The notes under the pieces: model-generated
The model's input: only the letters and a program-made list of their open reading frames with translations
Databases searched by the model: none
Told to the model about the DNA's origin: nothing
Made by a program: the position numbers and the translations under genes
Source of the DNA: Armatimonadota bacterium
Lineage (GTDB): Bacteria > Sysuimicrobiota > Sysuimicrobiia > Sysuimicrobiales > Humicultoraceae
NCBI GenBank assembly: GCA_052386995.1
Contig: JBQTJP010000321.1
Coordinates: 1 to 22,551 of the forward strand
Direction of reading: 5' to 3'
DNA: 22,551 nucleotides
Part shown: positions 6,809 through 15,000 of the stretch, piece after piece
Position numbering within the stretch: position 1 is the first letter of the stretch
How the letters are laid out: the number at the start of each line of letters is the position of its first letter

Positions 6809-8440
6809 ATGATCAGGCAACGTCCGCATCATCTGCGCGTCATTGCCATCCTCGGCGCCATCGGTCTGTTGGTCTTGACCGGGCTCAATAGCGGGTCCGC
6901 CGCGCCTGCCCCGGCCGCACCCGGCGAACCGGTGCGGGGCGGGACATTAACCCTGTCGTATCCGCCCGGACTCCCGCACGTCGACACGAACTCGGTTTCG
7001 CAGACGTTGATCGTGGAAGTCATCGGCAACTTCTACGAACGCCTCTACGAGCGAGACAGCACTGGGAAGGTCCAGCCGCACCTGGTGGAGTCGGAGCAGG
7101 TCTCAGCGGACGGGCTCACCGTGACGTGGAAGCTCAAACCCAATATCAAGTTCCACGACGGCTCACCGTTCAACGCCGAGGCAGTCAAGTGGAACTTCGA
7201 GCGCAAGATCTCGCGGCGGCAGATCCAGTTCGGCCTGCTGCCGTTCAAGTCCATGGACGTCGTGGACCCGATGACGCTGCGCGTGTCGTTGACCCGCACG
7301 GCGCCCAACCTGCACGCGATTCTGACCATGGGCAACATGGCCATGTACAGCCCGACGTTCACCCAGCAGGTGGGTGAGGACGGCATCAAGCTCCGGGCAT
7401 CGGGCACGGGTCCCTATACCCTCGAGGAGTTTCGCCCGCAGCAAATCTTGAGGGTCAAGCGCAACCCCAACTACTGGCAGAAAGGCCTGCCCTACCTTGA
7501 CGAGATCGTCTATCGCGTTGCGGACGACATCAACACCCGAGGGACAATGCTGGCCGCCGGCGATGTGGACATCGCGCGCGAGATCTCGTTCCCGGACAAC
7601 CAGCGATTCAAGACCACGCCGGGCTTCAAGGTGCTCGAGCGGGTCGGCTCGCGCCAGTACTGCATCTACATCAACACGCGCCGGCCGCTGGTCAGCGACG
7701 TGCGCATGCGCCAGGCGCTGAATTACGCTATTGACAAAGAGGCCATGATCCGGACGGTCCTCCTCGGCAACGGCAAGCCCGCGAATGTCTGGCTGTTCGG
7801 TCCCAACGTGGCGGGGTACACACCAACTCCAGGGTACCCGTACAATCCGGACAGGGCGAAGGCCCTGCTCGAGGAAGCCGGGTGGCGAGCGGGGGCAGGA
7901 GGCATGCGGGCGCGCGACGGCCAGCCGCTGCGCCTCACGTACGTCACACGCAAGGGCGGGTCGCCCGGTGACTTTGAGATCGCGGAGCAGGTGCAGGGCA
8001 TGCTGCGCGCGGTCGGCGTCGACGTCAACCTGGTCGTGGCTGACAGCGCCACGCTACTCGCGCGTTTGAACGCGCCGGGAGGCGTGCAGGTCGAGTACGA
8101 CATGCTGAACCTCGGCAACAACACCTTCACCGGCGACGCCGAGTACATCATGCTGGGCTTCTATCGGAACGCCGACTTCCCGCCGAATGGCTTCAACTAC
8201 TCCCATTACTCGAACCCCCAGGTCGAGCGCCTGATTGAGGATTCGCTCCGGGCGCGCAACCTGTCGGGCCGCAACTCGATCTACTATTCGCAGATCATCA
8301 AGCAGGTCGTCCGCGACGCCCCGGGCATTCTGCTCTTCGACATTCAGATGCAGGCGGCGATGAAGCAGAACGTGCAGGGCGTGTATCTCGACCCCGCCTA
8401 CAACATGTGGCCGGTGAAATACGCCTGGAAGTCCAGATAG
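6809..8440 (+). CDS. ABC transporter solute-binding protein, family 5 (Dpp/Opp/nickel type)
   Basis: RBS GGGGGAG then ATG 6809. Basic + hydrophobic signal peptide with no lipobox Cys. Motifs WKLKPNIKFHDGSPFNAEAVKWNFER, GTGPY, RQALNYAID, YNPDRAKALLEEAG. Confidence 0.93.
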   Translation: MIRQRPHHLRVIAILGAIGLLVLTGLNSGSAAPAPAAPGEPVRGGTLTLSYPPGLPHVDTNSVSQTLIVEVIGNFYERLYERDSTGKVQPHLVESEQVSADGLTVTWKLKPNIKFHDGSPFNAEAVKWNFERKISRRQIQFGLLPFKSMDVVDPMTLRVSLTRTAPNLHAILTMGNMAMYSPTFTQQVGEDGIKLRASGTGPYTLEEFRPQQILRVKRNPNYWQKGLPYLDEIVYRVADDINTRGTMLAAGDVDIAREISFPDNQRFKTTPGFKVLERVGSRQYCIYINTRRPLVSDVRMRQALNYAIDKEAMIRTVLLGNGKPANVWLFGPNVAGYTPTPGYPYNPDRAKALLEEAGWRAGAGGMRARDGQPLRLTYVTRKGGSPGDFEIAEQVQGMLRAVGVDVNLVVADSATLLARLNAPGGVQVEYDMLNLGNNTFTGDAEYIMLGFYRNADFPPNGFNYSHYSNPQVERLIEDSLRARNLSGRNSIYYSQIIKQVVRDAPGILLFDIQMQAAMKQNVQGVYLDPAYNMWPVKYAWKSR

Positions 8441-8448
8441 ACGATCTG

Positions 8449-8498
8449 AGCGGCGCGATCCGCGGTGCGGCCCGGCTCCCGTGAGGGACCGCGCCGCT
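8449..8498. terminator. GC-rich inverted repeat between convergent operons; possible terminator or mRNA 3'-end hairpin
   Basis: AGCGGCGCGATCC (8449-8461) is the reverse complement of GGACCGCGCCGCT (8486-8498) at 12/13 positions, with a 24-nt loop. No U-tract on either side. Confidence 0.35.
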
Positions 8499-8530
8499 TG
8501 CATGCGCGAGTGTCTGGGACGTGTCGCCAG

Positions 8531-9697
8531 CTACAAGCCTGTGGACATGGCGCGGCGCAGTTGCTCAATCACAAGGTCCACGTCGTCTATCGGCATCCCC
8601 GGATAGATCGGCAGTGTAAGCAGCTCGTCGGCCGCCCGCTCAGTTTCGGGAAGCGAGCCCTTAGGATACCCCAGGTCCTGAAACGCGGGCTGCAGGTGCG
8701 TGGGCGGGATGTAGTGTGTGCCGGTCGGAATGCCCGCTTCGAACAGCAACCGGCGCACGGTGTCGCGATGCTTCACGCGGATCACGAAGTTCCTGTACGC
8801 GTTGCGCAAGTACGGGGGGTCGTCTGCTATGGCGGCGTGCGTGCCGCGCAGTCCTTCACGATAGCGCTCAGCAATCGCCTGCCGCTCCTCGACCATGGAG
8901 TCCAGATGCGGCAACTTCACCAGCAGCACCGCCGCCTGCAGCGTGTCCAGGCGCACGTTCCAGCCCTGGACTTCGGGATGCAGCGTTGCGAACCGGAATC
9001 CGGCCGACGGCGGAGGATGCGTGGCCGGGTCCTCGCCGTAGGCGCGGAGCATCTTGATGCGCCTGGCGACCTCGCCGTCGCCGGTCGTGATCATGCCGCC
9101 CCAGCCGAACGCGCCAAGCACTTTTCCGGGCGCAAACGAGAAGCACGCCGCGTCGCCCCACGCACCGGCCTGCCGATCGCGGTAGATCGCGCCGGCGGCA
9201 AGCGCCGCATCTTCGACCACGAGCAGGTGGTGGCGTCGTGCCACCTCGAGAATTGGGGTCATCTCGGCCGGCCGGCCGTACATGTGGACAGGCAGCACCG
9301 CGCGCGTGCGTGGGGTCACGGCGGCGGCCAGTGCGGCGGGGTCCATATTAAAGGAATGAGGCTCGATATCTACCAGCACCGGCCGCGCGCCCGCAAACCG
9401 GATCGCCGCGACTGTTGAAGGATCAGAGTTGGCGACCGTGATGACCTCGTCCGGCCCCACGCCAAGCGCGCGGAGCGCGAGGTGCAGCGCCGCCGTGCCC
9501 GAATGGACGCCGACGGCATGGCGGACGCCGATGTAGCCTGCAAACGCCCGCTCGAACTCGTCGACTTCCTTCCCGAGCTCGAAGCGTCCGTCCGCGACGA
9601 CCGCCTGAATCGCGGCGTCGATCTCGGCCGCCAGCCGCGTGTTGTGGGGCCGCACGTCGTTGAACCGCATCGTCTGGCGGGGGAGATGGGCAGTCAC
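8531..9697 (-). CDS. DegT/DnrJ/EryC1/StrS family aminotransferase
   Basis: SGTAALHLAL, PVHMYG, EDAA, SFAPGKVLGA (PLP Lys), NVRLD, LTLPIYP. Start is GTG 9697 or ATG 9670. Confidence 0.92.
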   Translation of the reverse strand: MTAHLPRQTMRFNDVRPHNTRLAAEIDAAIQAVVADGRFELGKEVDEFERAFAGYIGVRHAVGVHSGTAALHLALRALGVGPDEVITVANSDPSTVAAIRFAGARPVLVDIEPHSFNMDPAALAAAVTPRTRAVLPVHMYGRPAEMTPILEVARRHHLLVVEDAALAAGAIYRDRQAGAWGDAACFSFAPGKVLGAFGWGGMITTGDGEVARRIKMLRAYGEDPATHPPPSAGFRFATLHPEVQGWNVRLDTLQAAVLLVKLPHLDSMVEERQAIAERYREGLRGTHAAIADDPPYLRNAYRNFVIRVKHRDTVRRLLFEAGIPTGTHYIPPTHLQPAFQDLGYPKGSLPETERAADELLTLPIYPGMPIDDVDLVIEQLRRAMSTGL

Positions 9698-9704
9698 GGG
9701 CGCG

Positions 9705-10598
9705 CTATACTCCCGAGCCGGACGCCCCCGCGCCGCTCATGCGCCGCAAGCGCGGATCGAGGGCGTCACGCAGCCCGTCACCCAGCACGTTGAAGCCGAA
9801 CACCACGAGCATCAGCGCGAACCCGGGTATGACCATCACGTGCGGCGCGAGCCGCGACCACTGGAGGCTGTTCTGGAGCATCGCGCCCCATTCGGGGGTC
9901 GGGGGCTGCACGCCGAGCCCGAGAAACGAGAGCGTCGCCGCGGTCAAGATGGCGCCCGGAATCAGCAGGCTGGTCTGCACAATGAGCGGGGCGAGGAGGT
10001 TCGGCAGGATGTGCCGCGACAGGATCGCGCGGTCTGTCGCGCCCACGGCCACGGCCGCTTCGACGAAGACCCGCTCTTTGACCGAGAGCGTCAGCCCGTG
10101 AGCCAGGCGAACGTACTGCGGCACCTGGACGATGGCGATGGCCACGATCACGTTCTCGAGGCCGCGCCCCAGGATCGACACGATCGTCAGGGCGACGACG
10201 ATGCCGGGGAAGGCCAGCAGCACCTCGTTGAGTCGCATGATCGAGCCGTCGAGTCGACGGTAGTAGCCCGCAATGGTGCCAAGGAGAATCCCTACCAGAG
10301 CCCCGAACCCCACGCTGGTCAACGACACGAGCAGCGACATGCGCGCGCCGAAGATGATGCGGCTCAGCAGGTCGCGCCCCTGGTTGTCGGTCCCGAGCAG
10401 GTGGGCGCGGTTGGGCGGCTGCAGGGTCTTTTGCACGTTGATCAGGCTGGGATCATACGGCGCCAGCACCGGCGCCAGCAGGCCGGTCAGCACGAAGAGC
10501 GTGACGAGCAGCGCTCCAAGAGCGGCCAGGCGGTGCAGTCGCATGAAGACCTGCAGCGCGTTCGGCGTCCTGACGCGGAGCGCCGGTGCCGGGACCAC
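9705..10598 (-). CDS. ABC transporter permease, DppC/OppC type
   Basis: HLLGTDNQGRDLLSR, EAA loop FVEAAVAVGA, HILPN, LSFLGLG..PPTPEWG, GDGLRDALDP. Start placed at GTG 10598 just after the upstream stop; ATG 10637 is an alternative. Confidence 0.92.
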   Translation of the reverse strand: MVPAPALRVRTPNALQVFMRLHRLAALGALLVTLFVLTGLLAPVLAPYDPSLINVQKTLQPPNRAHLLGTDNQGRDLLSRIIFGARMSLLVSLTSVGFGALVGILLGTIAGYYRRLDGSIMRLNEVLLAFPGIVVALTIVSILGRGLENVIVAIAIVQVPQYVRLAHGLTLSVKERVFVEAAVAVGATDRAILSRHILPNLLAPLIVQTSLLIPGAILTAATLSFLGLGVQPPTPEWGAMLQNSLQWSRLAPHVMVIPGFALMLVVFGFNVLGDGLRDALDPRLRRMSGAGASGSGV

Positions 10599-10602
10599 GC
10601 GC

Positions 10603-11523
10603 CTAGCGGTATCGGATCTGGGGGTCGAGGAAGCCATACAGAAGATCCACGGTCATGTTGACAAGCACGAACGACGCGGCAAACACCAACAGGATCCCCT
10701 GGACGAGCGCGATGTCCCGCTGCCCCACGGCACCGACGAGCAGCCGGCCGAGCCCCGGCCAGGCAAACACCTGCTCCGTCACGACCGCACCGCCCAGCAT
10801 GTATCCGAATCGAAGCCCCACCACGATGACGACCGGCAGCAGCGCGTTGCGAAGCGCGTGGTACGTCACGACCATCCACTCGGGCAATCCTTTGGCCCTG
10901 GCGGTGCGCACGTAGTCCTGGCGGATGACCTCGAGCAGGGACGAGCGGGTCATCCTGGCGATGAACGCCAGCGAGAAGACCGCCAGGGCGACCGTCGGCA
11001 TGAAGTAGTGCTTCCACGTGTAGTCGCCCGCGCTGGGGAGCACGTGCAGCTGAACGCTGAAGAAGTACATCATCAGGAGGCCGAGCCAGAACACCGGGAT
11101 CGAGATCCCCAGCAGGGCAACCACGCTGGCGAGGTGATCCCAAAACGTGCCCTGCCGGACGGCGGCAACGGTCCCCAGGAGCACACCGACGGCCGTCGCC
11201 AGGATAATGCTCGCGATTGACAGTTTGATCGTGTTGATGAAGGGCGATCCGAGCTCCTGCGCCACCTGCCGCCGTGTCGAGATCGATTTCCCAAGATCGC
11301 CCCGCGCGAGGCGCCTGAGGTAATTGAAGTACTGCACGATCACCGGCTTGTCGAGGCCGAGTTCTCGTCGCAGGACCTCAACGGTTTCGGGTGTGGCCTC
11401 CGGGCCCAGATACAAGCGCGCGGGGTCGCTGGGGATCAGCTGAAAGGCAAAAAACACCCCTGTGACGACCAGAAACAACACCGGGATGCTGCTCAGAACT
11501 CGCCGGATGACGTAGGTTCCCAA
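10603..11523 (-). CDS. ABC transporter permease, DppB/OppB type
   Basis: YVIRR, GDLGKS, DYVRTARAKGL, HALRNAL, EQVFAWPGLG, DLLYGFLDPQIR. TTG start with AGAGGG upstream. Confidence 0.93.
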   Translation of the reverse strand: MGTYVIRRVLSSIPVLFLVVTGVFFAFQLIPSDPARLYLGPEATPETVEVLRRELGLDKPVIVQYFNYLRRLARGDLGKSISTRRQVAQELGSPFINTIKLSIASIILATAVGVLLGTVAAVRQGTFWDHLASVVALLGISIPVFWLGLLMMYFFSVQLHVLPSAGDYTWKHYFMPTVALAVFSLAFIARMTRSSLLEVIRQDYVRTARAKGLPEWMVVTYHALRNALLPVVIVVGLRFGYMLGGAVVTEQVFAWPGLGRLLVGAVGQRDIALVQGILLVFAASFVLVNMTVDLLYGFLDPQIRYR

Positions 11524-11547
11524 GCCGATCCCTCTAAGGAGAGTATT

Positions 11548-12369
11548 CTATGCGGCGTTCCGCTCTGCCCTCTGGAGGGCGAGCCGCGCCGGGGCCGCCC
11601 ATCCCTGCTCCCGTACGAGCTCGGCCAGCGCAAAGAGGTCGAACCGCCGACCCGACAGCTCCGGATCTCGCGTCGCGGCGAGGTAGCCGAAGGCTTCGGC
11701 GAAGATCTGCGGACTGACATACTGCGTCTGCCGATCTGCCGGCAGGGCCGCAAACGCCGCGTCGGTCATCGACGTCGGCTTGGTGGTTGCACCCGGCGTG
11801 CACAGGGTGACGATGATCCCACGCGGCGCGGCCTCGAGCGAGAGTGACCGCAGCAACCCCTCGAGCGCGTATTTCGTGGCGCAGTATGCGGTCTCGCGTG
11901 CAAACGGCTTCACGCCCGCGGTGGACGACATCGTCACGATGTTCCCATGGCCGCGGTCGAGCATGCCGCGGTAGACGCGCCAGGTCAGGTAGTACGCGGT
12001 GTGGAGATTGACATCGACGGTCTCGTCCCAGACGGCCGGGTCGGTCTCCTCGAAGGGCCTAAGGTGAAGCACCGCGGCGTTGTTGATCAAGACATCGGGA
12101 GGTCCCCAGGCATCGGTCACCTGCTGCAGCGCCCGGTCGATCTCGTCGCGGCGGCGAAGGTCGGCGATGATCCCCATGGCCTCGGCCCCTTCGGCCCGCA
12201 CCAGCCCCAGCGTGACGTCCAGTTCTTCGGGGACGACATCGAAGATGGCAACGCGAGCCCCGCGGCGGGCCAGTCCCACGGCCCCTCCGCGGCCGATGCC
12301 CCGTCCGGCCCCCGTGATGATGGACGTTCTGCCCCTGAGCACGTCGTCGCGGCGTGGCGAGCTCGTCAT
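11548..12369 (-). CDS. SDR family NAD(P)-dependent oxidoreductase
   Basis: TGAGRGIG, INNAA, MSS and YCATK catalytic motifs. Asp at the end of beta-2 (IFD) suggests NAD(H). ATGA overlap with the upstream amidohydrolase. Confidence 0.92.
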   Translation of the reverse strand: MTSSPRRDDVLRGRTSIITGAGRGIGRGGAVGLARRGARVAIFDVVPEELDVTLGLVRAEGAEAMGIIADLRRRDEIDRALQQVTDAWGPPDVLINNAAVLHLRPFEETDPAVWDETVDVNLHTAYYLTWRVYRGMLDRGHGNIVTMSSTAGVKPFARETAYCATKYALEGLLRSLSLEAAPRGIIVTLCTPGATTKPTSMTDAAFAALPADRQTQYVSPQIFAEAFGYLAATRDPELSGRRFDLFALAELVREQGWAAPARLALQRAERNAA

Positions 12370-13871
12370 TGCGACGGCGCCGGCATCACGGGTGCGCGCC
12401 AGAATTCCCGAGGGGTCGTCAGGTACTTGCTGATATCAACCCGGGCGAAGGCGCCGTCGGCTTCGGCCTGCGCCCATTCGAGCACCGCGCCGGCGTCCAC
12501 CGTGAGCACACGGCGATCGCGCATCAGGATCCTGCCGTCGACAATGACGTTGGCCACATCGGCGCCCTGCGCGTAATACCCCAGCAGCTGCGGGATGTGC
12601 GTGCGCGGTGTGAGATGCGGCTGCTCCAGGTCGACGGTAATCACATCGGCTCTCTTCCCGGGCTCCAGGGATCCGATCTCCGCATCCCAGCCAATCGCCC
12701 GCGCGGCGTCGGCCGTCACCATGCGAAGCGCCGTTCCCACCGGCAGAGCGGCAGGGTCCTTCTTGTCCATCCGCTGCATCATCATCGCCCGGGGAAGCTC
12801 TTTCCAGACATCCAGGCTCATGTACGGCGCGCTGCCATCCGTGGCGATCGCCACGGGCACGCCCGCGGCCAGCAGGTCGATGACCGGACAGACCCCGTAG
12901 AGGATGTTCTCGTGCGTGGTCGGCACCCACGCTACCGCGCACCCGGACCGCGCCGCCAGCACGACTTCTTCGGGACTGAGGGCGTTGGCATGCGCCAGCA
13001 GCACGTCGGCCTTCAGGATGTCATTGAGCGCGGGGCCGAACGTCTGCGCTCCCCACGCGAGCGATCCGCGAAAAGCATGGGTGTGAATCATGACCTTCCA
13101 GCGGTCGGCGAACGCGCGCATTTCCTCGGCGCTGCGCGCCATCGCCTTGGTGTCTTCGACACGATAGGTATGTGGAAACTTTGGATGCTGCGCAAAGCGC
13201 CCGAGCAGGTAGGCCGGGTGCAGGCAGACGCGGATGCGGTCATTGTGCGTGCGATGCCACCGCCGGACCACGTCGACGCTCACATCCATGCACTGCTCGT
13301 GCGTGAAGGGCCTGGTGATCCCGCGGCCGTCGCGCCAATCGGTGGCGGTCCAGGGTCGGGGAAGTTGCTCGATGAACGGATCGGGAGGACCGATCGAGAG
13401 CATCTCCCGGATGCCGACCCGGACCACACCGCGCAGATGCGCGTCGGCGTACACGGCGTCGTCGGCGCGGGCCGGTGTGGCTCCCAGCACCGTCAGCCCG
13501 GTGGTCGTCCCAAAGCGGACACGCTCCAACGCGCTGAGCTGCGCTTCAGCCTCCCACCAGTCCGGTGTTGTGGCATGAAAGTAGATCTGGTTGGTGGGCC
13601 AGCCGAGTTGTGGATGATGAATGCCTTTGATCATCCCGTGGCCCGCGTGCGAGTAGGCGTCGATGAGCCCCGGAAGCACCGCGTGATTGGGACGGTCGAT
13701 GACATCGCTGGCGCGGTACCGCGTGGTGATGTCCGCGGCCTCGCCGACCGCGACGACGCGATCGCCTTTGATGGCCACGGCTCCCGGCTGGTAGACGCGG
13801 TCCTCGTCGTCCATGGTGAGGACGCAGCCACCGCACACGAGCAGGTCAACGTCATTGGGGGTTGGGGGCAT
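12366..13871 (-). CDS. Amidohydrolase superfamily protein (MTA/SAH-deaminase / TrzA-AtzA-like) with an atypical metal motif
   Basis: VLPGLIDAYSH, GTTT, IHTH, LAHAN, ATDG, IGSLEPGKRAD, VIVDGRILM. Start set at ATG 13871 by family N-terminus (DLLVCGGCVLTMD); no clear RBS. Confidence 0.88.
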   Translation of the reverse strand: MPPTPNDVDLLVCGGCVLTMDDEDRVYQPGAVAIKGDRVVAVGEAADITTRYRASDVIDRPNHAVLPGLIDAYSHAGHGMIKGIHHPQLGWPTNQIYFHATTPDWWEAEAQLSALERVRFGTTTGLTVLGATPARADDAVYADAHLRGVVRVGIREMLSIGPPDPFIEQLPRPWTATDWRDGRGITRPFTHEQCMDVSVDVVRRWHRTHNDRIRVCLHPAYLLGRFAQHPKFPHTYRVEDTKAMARSAEEMRAFADRWKVMIHTHAFRGSLAWGAQTFGPALNDILKADVLLAHANALSPEEVVLAARSGCAVAWVPTTHENILYGVCPVIDLLAAGVPVAIATDGSAPYMSLDVWKELPRAMMMQRMDKKDPAALPVGTALRMVTADAARAIGWDAEIGSLEPGKRADVITVDLEQPHLTPRTHIPQLLGYYAQGADVANVIVDGRILMRDRRVLTVDAGAVLEWAQAEADGAFARVDISKYLTTPREFWRAPVMPAPSQ

Positions 13872-13980
13872 TGGGCGTGGTTTCGCATCATCGCGCGTAC
13901 GCCCCTGCCGGACGCCGAAGTGGGTCACGCGGGTGAAGACGTCCGCGCGGCGAACGTCTCCCCAGGGAGGAGTGACTCTC

Positions 13981-14964
13981 ATGGCCGTGCGGTATGGCAT
14001 CATCGGCGCAGGCAAGGCCGGTATTCTGCACGCCCCAGCCGTTCTCGAGAGCCGGCGCGCCACGCTGACGTGGATCGCCGATCCGGATGCCCGGCGCGGC
14101 GAGGCACTGGCGTCGAAGTGCTCTGTGCGCTATGTCGCCGACTATCGGGAGGGGCTTGCGGGCGTCGATGCGGTGAGCATCTGCGTTCCCCACGCGTTGC
14201 TGGCCGACGTTGCCGTGACCGCCGCGCGCGCCGGCGTGCACGTGTTGCTGGAAAAACCGATGGCCCTCACGCTGGCCGATGCCGATCGCGTCATCCGCGC
14301 GGCAAAGAACGCCGGCATCACCCTCATTGTCAGCTTCGTGCACCGCTTCCGGCCGGAATCCCGCCGGGCGCTCGAGATCATCGCCTCAGGTGACATCGGC
14401 GAGCCCCGATTCGTCACGGATCACAGCAGCGGCGGCGGGCTGGCGGGCTGGCCCGGGTGGGTGCGGGACGCCGGAGCCGGCGGCGGCCTGCTGCTCTACT
14501 CGGGTGTGCATCGGATCGATCGCGCCCGGTGGCTGCTGGGCCGCGATGTCGTATCGGTCTACGGCTCGACGGCGGCGCTGCTCCCCGGGAGCGATGTCGA
14601 TTCGTCGTATATCGTTGCCCTGACATTCGACGGGGGGGCGCGCGCCGTGCTCTCGCATCACTTCCATGCCGTCGAGGCTCCTGCCCGGTGGGAAACGGAC
14701 ATCCACGGCACCGAAGGAATGATCCGCATTCGTACCGGAGAGAGCATCGACCTGATAGCGCGACGCGGGTCGCGTCACGAGGCGGCCGGAGTGGACCGGC
14801 GCTTCCATGAGGAGATCGAGGCCTTTCTGGACGCCATAGGCGGCGCAGGGCCCGCATCACCTTCGGCCGCCGATGCCCGCGAGGTCCTTGCGGTGGCCAT
14901 CGCGGCGGGACAATCACACGCGACCGCCCGTCCCGTGTCGCTCGCGGAGTTGCCCGCGACGTAA
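13981..14964 (+). CDS. Gfo/Idh/MocA family oxidoreductase
   Basis: RBS GGAGG 13967-13971, ATG 13981. Motifs YGIIGAG, DAVSICVPH, HVLLEKPMA, GGG..GVHRID, IHGTEG. Confidence 0.92.
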   Translation: MAVRYGIIGAGKAGILHAPAVLESRRATLTWIADPDARRGEALASKCSVRYVADYREGLAGVDAVSICVPHALLADVAVTAARAGVHVLLEKPMALTLADADRVIRAAKNAGITLIVSFVHRFRPESRRALEIIASGDIGEPRFVTDHSSGGGLAGWPGWVRDAGAGGGLLLYSGVHRIDRARWLLGRDVVSVYGSTAALLPGSDVDSSYIVALTFDGGARAVLSHHFHAVEAPARWETDIHGTEGMIRIRTGESIDLIARRGSRHEAAGVDRRFHEEIEAFLDAIGGAGPASPSAADAREVLAVAIAAGQSHATARPVSLAELPAT

Positions 14965-15000
14965 ACCGACGGCGCGCATCACGGTCCGCTGCTGCCGCTC

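Noticed and set aside
13872..14063. Extended starts for the amidohydrolase (14063) and Gfo (13813) ORFs
   Set aside because: They would make two divergent genes overlap head to head; family N-termini match ATG 13871 (-) and ATG 13981 (+, with RBS).
12354..14393. 679-aa + strand ORF opposite the amidohydrolase
   Set aside because: Antisense shadow typical of high-GC coding DNA; no recognisable motifs.
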